From: Candidatus Methylomirabilota bacterium
Lineage (GTDB): Bacteria > Methylomirabilota > Methylomirabilia > Rokubacteriales > CSP1-6
Reading direction: 5' to 3'
NCBI GenBank assembly: GCA_046726415.1
Contig: JBKPAK010000008.1
Span: 32,001-96,000 of the forward strand
DNA length: 64,000 bases
Position numbers and translations under genes: made by a program
The notes under the pieces: model-generated
Databases searched by the model: none
What the model was told of the DNA's origin: nothing
Seen by the model: only the letters and a program-made list of their open reading frames with translations
Shown here: in pieces, positions 57,168-64,000 of the stretch
Numbering within the stretch: the stretch's first letter is position 1
Layout: each line of letters opens with the position of its first letter

Positions 57168-59933
57168 TCAATCGATACCCACCGGGGCTGGTGCCTCGGT
57201 GGCCATCACCGGCACTGGCCCCGGTCGAGGGCCTGGCCGAATCATCCGGAGGAGTACGGGCAGCACCACGAGAGAAGCGACCAGGCTGGCCAATGTGCCG
57301 AGCGTGAGGAGCAAGCCGAGGCCGAAGATGCCCCGGTGGTCAGCCAGCATCAGGCTTCCGAAGCCCACGATCGTGGTCAAGCCGGCCACCAGCACGCCCA
57401 TGACCGTGCTGCGCGCGATCAGCGGCGCACCCGCGTCGCGCCGCGTCTCTATGTAGCGCATCACGATGTTCAACCCGTACTCGGCGGCGGCGCCCAAGAT
57501 CAACGGGAGCCCGAAGATGTTCCCCATGTTGAAGTCGAGCCCAAAGAGCCACATCAATCCGCCCGTCCAGATCAGGCCGAGGGCCAAGGGGAGCAGGGCG
57601 AGCGCCGTCTCTCGCACACGGCGAAGCATCGCGAAGGTAAGCCCGCTCACCAGCAACACCGCGTAGATCGTCCCCTGCTTATAGGCCCGCTCCATGAGGG
57701 TGATGGCCTCATAGGTGATGATGGGCGTGCCCGTCACCTCGGGGTCGATGGCCCGCAACTCCTGAACGAAGCGGCTGGCACCTTCGCGCTCCCAGATGTC
57801 CACGGCCGGGTGGATCTGCAGGAGGAAGCCCCCGCGGTCGCTGATGAACTTGCGCTTCAGCTCGGGCGGAATGCTGGCCAGCCCGATCTCCCTCGGATTG
57901 AGATTGGCCTGCAGGCGCTGGAACTTCTGCAGGAAGTCCCGGTAGATCTGGCGCTGGAGGTTGTTGAGGATCGGCTCGCTCACCTCCGGCTCGGTCGTCT
58001 TGAGCTTGCTCATGAGCCGTTCCAGGTCCGCCACCGTGCGCGTGAGCTTCTGCTTCGCCTCTCCGGCCGGGGCCTCGCTGGCGGCAATGTCCAGGCGCCG
58101 CTTGAGCGATTCCAGTTCCGTGACCAGCCGGCTCACATCGACCGGCACCGGGCGCCCGATTCGCACCGGTCCCACCAGCTCCGCGAAATCGCGGATGATC
58201 TTCAGCTTCTGCGGCTGGTCGCTGGGGATGAGGAGAAGCGCGGAGTCGACCTCGGAGACGCTGGGCACCTTGACGAAGGCGTCGCGCTTCTTCTTCAGTT
58301 CCTCCAGCGACGAGGCGCTGGCGAGGGCGGCGAAGCCGGAGCGCCCGGACGAGGCCAGGATGCGGCGCTCCCACACCACGGACTCCGTGCCCGGCGCCTG
58401 GAGATTGAGCAGGTTGAAGTCGAAGTGCACGTAGCGTATGCCCCACAGCGAGAGCACGGTGACGAGGGCGGCGACGGCGAGCACGGTGCCGGGATGCCGG
58501 GTGAGCTGCTCGACGAAGGGGACGTGGATGCTCTCCAGTCGCATGGCGCGGGGGATCGGGGGCACCGCCCGCGCCAGATGCCGCCGGTCGACGACGACGA
58601 GCACGGCAGGGAACACCGTCATCATCGCTACCCACGCCAGCAGGATGGCCGTGCCGGCGATGAAGCCCAGTTCTTGAAGTCCGCGAAAGTCGGTGAGCAT
58701 GAGGACGTAGAACGTTCCGGCGGCAGTGATGGCCCCCAGCAGCACCCCGGGACCGCTGCGCTGCGCCGTGATCTCGATGGCCGCTCGCAGGTTCCGCCCG
58801 AGGAACAGCTCTTCCTCGTAGCGGAAGAGGAAGTAGATGCCGTAGTCGATGCCGATGCCGATGACGATCGAGATGAACATCACGGAAAACAGCGACAAAT
58901 GGCCGATGGCCAGGGTGGCCACACCGATCGACCAGCACAGACTGACGGCCAGCACGGTCAGCATGAGAATCGGCTTGCCGACTCGCATGAAGGCCAGCAC
59001 GAGCAGCCCCAGGGTAAGGCCGAAGGCCAGCAGGGTGGCTCGCTCGCTGTCGCGGAAGGCAGCCGTCATCTCGTCGTTGGAGAGCACGGGCTTCCCGGTG
59101 ACGCCGACCTGTACGTTGGGGAAGTCGCGCTTGAGCGAGGCCACCACCGCCCGGATGCCGTCGATGGCCTCGCGGTCGTCGGTGAAGCTCCCGGACTGAC
59201 TGACGGGCTCGGCCAGGATGAAGAGGAGTCGCTGGTCCTCGGAGAGGAAGTAGCCGGCCCCGCCTTCCTCGGTGTCCGGCACCGAGAAGAGGGAGCCGAA
59301 GGGCGATCGGTAGGCGATGGCCCGATCGAGACGCTCGGAGATCTGCGCAACCAGGTCCTGAATGAACCGGAGGTCCACGGCCCCTTTGGGGTCCGAGAGA
59401 CCCAAATCGAGAAAGCCCGAGGCGAAGCCGCTGGCCACGTGGGTGGAGATCCCGTTCACGAGCGTGTCCAAGGTGGGTCGGGAGGCGAAGGCCTCCATCA
59501 ATTCCTGGTTGTCATAGATCTTCTCCCGGATCTCGCTGAGGCGCTCCGGGGACAGGTAGAGCAACGCGCGTCCCTCGAACTGCTTCGGATCGATGCGGTA
59601 GGCGATGCGCTTGAGCGGCACCTGCCGGGCTCGCAGTTCGCGGACGAGGCGCGTGGCATACTCTTTCGCTTCGGTCAGCGAGGGGGCTTCCACCACGATG
59701 GCGATGTCGTCGAGGTCGCCGAAGTCCCGGCTGTACTCCACCCAGCGCAGGATGTAAGGACGATCCTGAGGGAGGAGATCTCGTGGAGACGTCTTGAGGG
59801 TGAGCGTCGTGAGGGCGTACACCACGCTCAGCGCGGCTAGCGCGAGGGCCGCCGTCAGCGTCCACCAGGGGCGCGCCGTGGAGACCCGGGCGAGCCGACC
59901 CAGGAACCGTCCGGTCGTGGAGACCCGCGCCAA
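57168..59933 (-). CDS. hpnN: MMPL/RND transporter, HpnN-like
   Basis: Two MMPL repeats (GVTGKPVL..DE, GIGIDYGI, TGTPII, TTIVGFGSL..ADHRGI); downstream of shc. Confidence 0.8.
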   Translation of the reverse strand: MARVSTTGRFLGRLARVSTARPWWTLTAALALAALSVVYALTTLTLKTSPRDLLPQDRPYILRWVEYSRDFGDLDDIAIVVEAPSLTEAKEYATRLVRELRARQVPLKRIAYRIDPKQFEGRALLYLSPERLSEIREKIYDNQELMEAFASRPTLDTLVNGISTHVASGFASGFLDLGLSDPKGAVDLRFIQDLVAQISERLDRAIAYRSPFGSLFSVPDTEEGGAGYFLSEDQRLLFILAEPVSQSGSFTDDREAIDGIRAVVASLKRDFPNVQVGVTGKPVLSNDEMTAAFRDSERATLLAFGLTLGLLVLAFMRVGKPILMLTVLAVSLCWSIGVATLAIGHLSLFSVMFISIVIGIGIDYGIYFLFRYEEELFLGRNLRAAIEITAQRSGPGVLLGAITAAGTFYVLMLTDFRGLQELGFIAGTAILLAWVAMMTVFPAVLVVVDRRHLARAVPPIPRAMRLESIHVPFVEQLTRHPGTVLAVAALVTVLSLWGIRYVHFDFNLLNLQAPGTESVVWERRILASSGRSGFAALASASSLEELKKKRDAFVKVPSVSEVDSALLLIPSDQPQKLKIIRDFAELVGPVRIGRPVPVDVSRLVTELESLKRRLDIAASEAPAGEAKQKLTRTVADLERLMSKLKTTEPEVSEPILNNLQRQIYRDFLQKFQRLQANLNPREIGLASIPPELKRKFISDRGGFLLQIHPAVDIWEREGASRFVQELRAIDPEVTGTPIITYEAITLMERAYKQGTIYAVLLVSGLTFAMLRRVRETALALLPLALGLIWTGGLMWLFGLDFNMGNIFGLPLILGAAAEYGLNIVMRYIETRRDAGAPLIARSTVMGVLVAGLTTIVGFGSLMLADHRGIFGLGLLLTLGTLASLVASLVVLPVLLRMIRPGPRPGPVPVMATEAPAPVGID

Positions 59934-59944
59934 CGACCTTTCGC

Positions 59945-61018
59945 CTACTCTTCGCCGGCGATGAACCTTTCGAGGCGCTGCCGGGCCGCGTCGTCAGGCC
60001 ACTGTTCGGGCGGTGACTTCATCAGGTAGGCGGACGGGGCCAGCAAGGCGCCCTTGATACCGCGATCGAGGGCGAGCTTGCAGGCCCGGAGGGCGTCGAT
60101 CACCACGCCCGCCGAGTTCGGTGAGTCCCACACCTCGAGCTTCAACTCGAGGTTGATGGGTTGGTCGCCAAAGCCGCGCCCCTCCAGCCGGATGTGAGCC
60201 CACTTGCGGTCGGCCAGCCACGGCACGTAGTCGCTGGGGCCGATGTGGATGGCCTCGGCCGGCAACTCGTGGCCGAGCTGGGAGCGCACGGCGTCCGTCT
60301 TGGAGATCTTCTTGGAGACGAGCCGCTCGCGCTCCAGCATGTTGTAGAAGTCGGTGTTGCCACCGAAGTTGAGCTGGCTGGTGCGGTCGAGGTGCACGCC
60401 GCGATCCATGAAGAGCTTGGTGAGCACGCGGTGGACAATGGTGGCGCCGACCTGGGACTTCACGTCGTCACCGACCAGGGGCAGGCCGCGCTCCTCGAAG
60501 CGGCGTCGCCAATAGGCCTCGCGCGCGATGAAGACGGGGATGCAGTTCACAAAGGCACAGCCCGCGTCGAGGACTTGCTCCACGTACCACTTGGTGGCCA
60601 TCTCGCTGCCCACCGGTAGGAAGTTGACCACCACGTGGGTGCCCGTGTCCCGGAGGATGCCCGCGATGTCGGCCGTCGAGCCGGGCGCCTTGCGGATCAT
60701 CTGGGCGAGATAGACGCCGAGGCCATCGTGCGTCATGCCTCGCTGGACGGTGACGCCCAGCGGGGGCACCTCGGCGAACTTCACGGTGTTGTTCGGCTCC
60801 TGAAAGATGGCGTCTCCAAGGTCGCGACCCACCTTGCGCTCGTCGATGTCGAAGGCCGCCGAGAACTCGATGTCGCCGACATGATAGCCCCCGAGGCGGG
60901 GATGCATCAGTCCGGGGATGAAGACGTCGTCGGCAGCGTGGCGATAGTACTGCACCCCTTGGACGAGCGACGAGGCACAGTTGCCGACGCCAATGAGGGC
61001 GACACGTAGGGAGCTCAC
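59945..61018 (-). CDS. ino1: myo-Inositol-1-phosphate synthase
   Basis: [51 protein letters not shown]. Confidence 0.95.
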   Translation of the reverse strand: MSSLRVALIGVGNCASSLVQGVQYYRHAADDVFIPGLMHPRLGGYHVGDIEFSAAFDIDERKVGRDLGDAIFQEPNNTVKFAEVPPLGVTVQRGMTHDGLGVYLAQMIRKAPGSTADIAGILRDTGTHVVVNFLPVGSEMATKWYVEQVLDAGCAFVNCIPVFIAREAYWRRRFEERGLPLVGDDVKSQVGATIVHRVLTKLFMDRGVHLDRTSQLNFGGNTDFYNMLERERLVSKKISKTDAVRSQLGHELPAEAIHIGPSDYVPWLADRKWAHIRLEGRGFGDQPINLELKLEVWDSPNSAGVVIDALRACKLALDRGIKGALLAPSAYLMKSPPEQWPDDAARQRLERFIAGEE

Positions 61019-61080
61019 GCGGTCCTCCTCGTGCGGCGTGAGCGGAACGTCACGCGCGGTGATCTCGACGGCAACGGCTT

Positions 61081-61089
61081 AGTCTAGCA
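61081..61089 (-). promoter_or_regulatory. Extended -10 (TGnTAGACT), possible internal promoter for ino1-hpnN
   Basis: Minus strand TGCTAGACT about 60 nt upstream of GAGGAGG/GTG 61018. Confidence 0.4.
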
Positions 61090-61122
61090 CAGCGACGGCG
61101 GCGGCCCCTCATTCGCCGGCGC

Positions 61123-61764
61123 CTAGGACTTCTTGGACTTGTCGGACTTATCGGAGTCGATCAGCTCGTTCTGCCTGGTCTTCATGCGGTCGACCAGGGA
61201 CTGATAGGACGAGGTCTGGATGATCTTGTTGAACTGGGTGCGGTAGTTGTTGATGAGGCTGACGCCCTCGATCACCACGTCGTAGACCAGCCACCGGTCG
61301 TTGCGCTTCACCATGCGGTAGTCGACCGGGACGTCGGTGCCCTGCTTGGTGATGATCTTGGTCTTGACCAGCGCGGCGTCGCCCTCGATGGTGTCGCCGT
61401 TGTAGGCGATTTTCTCGCCGCCGTAGTTCTCGATCTTGGACACGTAGGCGCGCTCCAAGAGGTCCGCGAAGAGCTTGACGAATTCCTCCCGCTCCGCCGG
61501 CGTCCGCGCCTGCCAGTGGCGCGCCAGCGCGCGCTTGGACATCTCCTCGAAGTCGAACGTCTCGAAGGCGATCTTCCGGACGGCGGCCCGCCGCTCGGTG
61601 GCCTTACCGTCTCTCTTGAGGTCCGGGTCGTCGACCGTCTTGATGACGCGGTCGATTTGGGCGCGAAGCTGGTCGGTGGGCACGCCCGCCCATGCCGCGG
61701 AGGCGAGGATGAGGCCGGCCACCAGGGTGAGGGCGAGAGCGATGTGTGGGGCACGTGACATCAT
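61123..61764 (-). CDS. mlaC: MlaC/HpnM (Ttg2D) periplasmic lipid-binding protein
   Basis: FDFEEMSKRALARHW, VDYRM, WLVYDVVIEGVSLINNYRTQF. Confidence 0.9.
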   Translation of the reverse strand: MMSRAPHIALALTLVAGLILASAAWAGVPTDQLRAQIDRVIKTVDDPDLKRDGKATERRAAVRKIAFETFDFEEMSKRALARHWQARTPAEREEFVKLFADLLERAYVSKIENYGGEKIAYNGDTIEGDAALVKTKIITKQGTDVPVDYRMVKRNDRWLVYDVVIEGVSLINNYRTQFNKIIQTSSYQSLVDRMKTRQNELIDSDKSDKSKKS

Positions 61765-61792
61765 GAGAGTCCTCCCTCCAGCGCTCGCATGC

Positions 61793-62233
61793 TCACACTT
61801 TGCCGAACACGTACTTCGAGATCAACTCTTCCAGGTCGACGGGAGGTTGAACCTCCGTGAGGCGTCCGTTCGGAGGGACCATCCGGTCAGAGCCGCCGGG
61901 GCTGATGTTCAGGTACTTCTCGCCGAGGAGGCCCTTGGTCTTGATGGCCACGATGGCGTCCTCGCTGATCTTCACCTGGGGTTGCATGCGCAGCACCAGG
62001 TGCGCCTGGTCGTTCTTCAAGCTGATCGACTCCACGCGGCCCACCGGTACCCCGGCGATCTCGACGTTGGCCCCGATCTTGAGGCCAGCCGACGACGGGA
62101 AGTCGGCGCTCACGAGATAGCCGCCGCCGCCGAACAGCGATACCCGGCCCAGCTTGATGGACAAGTAGCCCAGGGCGAGTATGCCCAGCACCAGAAAGAT
62201 TCCTACCGCCATGTTCACTCGCGTCCGCTCCAT
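61793..62233 (-). CDS. mlaD: MlaD (MCE domain) protein
   Basis: N-terminal TM, GLKIGANVEIAGVPVGRV, IKTKGLLGEKY..ISPGG. Confidence 0.93.
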   Translation of the reverse strand: MERTRVNMAVGIFLVLGILALGYLSIKLGRVSLFGGGGYLVSADFPSSAGLKIGANVEIAGVPVGRVESISLKNDQAHLVLRMQPQVKISEDAIVAIKTKGLLGEKYLNISPGGSDRMVPPNGRLTEVQPPVDLEELISKYVFGKV

Positions 62234-62269
62234 GTTCGACCTTCTCCTCTGAGGTCCGAGGCGACCGCC

Positions 62270-63007
62270 TCAGCTCTCCGGCTCGGGCTCGCCGCGAATG
62301 AAGCGGCGGACCACGGGGTTCGTGGTGGCCTGGATGACCGACGGCGGCCCTATCTCGATGATCTTACCCTCGTGCAGCATGGCCACCGTATCCGCCACCG
62401 CGAAGATCTCGGGGATCTCGTGGCTGACCATGACCGCGGTGAATCGGTGCCGTCGGTGGAGGTCGAGGATGAGGTGATGGATAGCGTTGACGAGGACGGG
62501 GTCGAGCCCGGTGGTCGGCTCGTCGAAGAAGACGATCTCGGGCTCGGTCACCAGCGCGCGGGCGATGGCCACGCGCTTGCGCATCCCCCCCGAGACCTCG
62601 GCGGGGTACTTGCGGCCGATCTCGGCGAGGCCGACTGCCCCGAGGGCGGCGTGCACGCGGCGGGCTATCTCTCGGCGCCGCAGTCTCATCTTCTCGCGCA
62701 GCGGGAAGGCGACGTTGGCCGCGCAGGTCATGGAGTCGAAGAGGGCGCCTCCTTGGAAGACGACGCCAAAGCGCTGGCGAATGGCATCCAGTTCGCGGGT
62801 GGGCAGCCGGGTGATGTCGATCCCGTCGATCAGAATGCTGCCGCCATCCGGGCGAACGAGACCGAGGAGATGGCGAAGGAGCACCGTCTTGCCCCCGCCG
62901 CTCCGCCCGATCACGATGGTAATCGAGCCGGTCTGCACCTCCAGGTCTACCCCCCGGAGCACGGCCTGACGCCGGAAAGACTTCCGCAGGCCTTGGATCT
63001 TGATCAC
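62270..63007 (-). CDS. mlaF: MlaF ABC ATPase
   Basis: GRSGGGKT, VSGGMRKRVAIARAL, DEPTTGLDP; GTG start at 63007. Confidence 0.92.
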   Translation of the reverse strand: MIKIQGLRKSFRRQAVLRGVDLEVQTGSITIVIGRSGGGKTVLLRHLLGLVRPDGGSILIDGIDITRLPTRELDAIRQRFGVVFQGGALFDSMTCAANVAFPLREKMRLRRREIARRVHAALGAVGLAEIGRKYPAEVSGGMRKRVAIARALVTEPEIVFFDEPTTGLDPVLVNAIHHLILDLHRRHRFTAVMVSHEIPEIFAVADTVAMLHEGKIIEIGPPSVIQATTNPVVRRFIRGEPEPES

Positions 63008-63798
63008 GGGAACACCGAGCCCATGACGTAGTCCCACAGGAGGATGAGCACGGAGGCGAGCACCACGGTCTGGGTGGTGGCGCGCGCCACGCCCTCGGCA
63101 CCGTGTCCGACGTAGAACCCCTTGTAGGTGGCCACCCAGGTGACGATCACGCCGAAGCAGAGGGACTTCCAGAAGCCAGTCAGGATGTCGTCGAGGTCGA
63201 CGAAGGTCTGCATCTCGCCGAAATACGTCCCGCTTGAGAGTCCCAACAGCTCGACCGCCACCAGGTGCCCGCCAAGGATGCCCACCGTGTCGAAGATGGC
63301 CGTGATCAGGGGGAACGTCACCACCCCGGCCAGAATGGACGGGGTGACGAGATAGCGCATGGGATTGAGGGCCATGACCATGAGGGCGTCGATCTGCTCG
63401 GTGATGCGCATGATCCCGATCTCGGCGGTCAGGGCCGAGCCCGCCCGTCCCGTCACCATGAGCGCGGCCAGGACGGGCCCCAGTTCCCGGAGCAGCGAGA
63501 TGGCCAGAGCAGGTCCCAGCCACGCTTCGGACCCGAAACGGCTCAAGGTGAGGTAGAGCTGCAGCGCGAGCACCATGCCCGTGAAGCCGCCCGTCAAGAC
63601 GATGACCAGGAGCGACCTGAACCCGATGAAGTGCACGCGGTGGAGGAAGGCATTGAACCTCGGCGGCGTCGTCACGGTGATCAGCAGGGCTTCGCCCATG
63701 AAGGTGCCGAAACGACCCAGAGCCAGGACGATGTCGATGGCCTTGCGCCCGAGCGCCTCCACCGGGCGCAAGGGAAGCGGAAGCGGCGCCTCCGTCAT
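63004..63798 (-). CDS. mlaE: MlaE ABC permease
   Basis: RELGPVLAALMVTGRAGSALTAEIGIMRITEQIDAL, GAEGVARATT. Confidence 0.94.
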   Translation of the reverse strand: MTEAPLPLPLRPVEALGRKAIDIVLALGRFGTFMGEALLITVTTPPRFNAFLHRVHFIGFRSLLVIVLTGGFTGMVLALQLYLTLSRFGSEAWLGPALAISLLRELGPVLAALMVTGRAGSALTAEIGIMRITEQIDALMVMALNPMRYLVTPSILAGVVTFPLITAIFDTVGILGGHLVAVELLGLSSGTYFGEMQTFVDLDDILTGFWKSLCFGVIVTWVATYKGFYVGHGAEGVARATTQTVVLASVLILLWDYVMGSVFP

Positions 63799-64000
63799 GC
63801 AGCGGTGCTTCGATACACGCCCAGAGCCCAGAGGGGGAAGTACTTTGCATAATAGTGGTACTTGAGGAAGAAGACGCGCGGGAAGCCCGTGCCGTTCCAC
63901 AACGGGTCGACCCAGGCGCCGTCGGGCCGCTGTGTCCGCAGGAGATACGCGACACCGCGCTCGACGGCGGCCCCCCCGCGCACGCCGGCGGCGAACAAGG
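63795..64000 (-). CDS. shc: Squalene-hopene cyclase, 3' end (truncated by window edge)
   Basis: QW repeat RGVAYLLRTQRPDGAW and GTGFPRVFFLKYHYYAKYFPLWALG. Confidence 0.9.
   Translation of the reverse strand, partial: LFAAGVRGGAAVERGVAYLLRTQRPDGAWVDPLWNGTGFPRVFFLKYHYYAKYFPLWALGVYRSTAA

Overview
A GC-rich (roughly 70% by eye) bacterial chromosomal segment with about 60 CDSs. No rRNA, tRNA, CRISPR array or intact mobile element was recognised. Gene content and intergenic repeat style suggest a Rokubacteria/Methylomirabilota-like soil diderm, which is an inference only. Recognisable modules are: an orphan hexaheme ActA-like cytochrome; rnd and ettA; ahpCD divergent from an imuA-imuB-dnaE2 mutagenesis cassette; two bis-MGD molybdoenzymes; a peptide-type ABC system without ATPases; serA; a plant-type thrC/cystathionine gamma-synthase pair; a three-subunit tungsten AOR cluster; a divergent malate synthase; and the end of a hopanoid locus (shc-mlaEFDC-ino1-hpnN). 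The main result is two genes that the ORF track cuts short at an in-frame TGA. One is a DsrE-like protein (22170-22532, V-U-G-A-C) and the other is a UGSC-type protein (39951-40517, D-U-G-S-C). Each TGA sits in a UxxC motif and is followed by a hairpin whose loop G-T falls at positions 23-24 counted from the T of TGA, the same geometry as the E. coli fdhF SECIS. Both are therefore probable selenoproteins. The UGSC protein's Sec segment is in register with the glycine-reductase GrdB active site as recalled from memory, and the gene overlaps an uncharacterised 351-aa partner gene. This pair is the best candidate for an undescribed system. All family assignments come from motif recognition; no database search was run.
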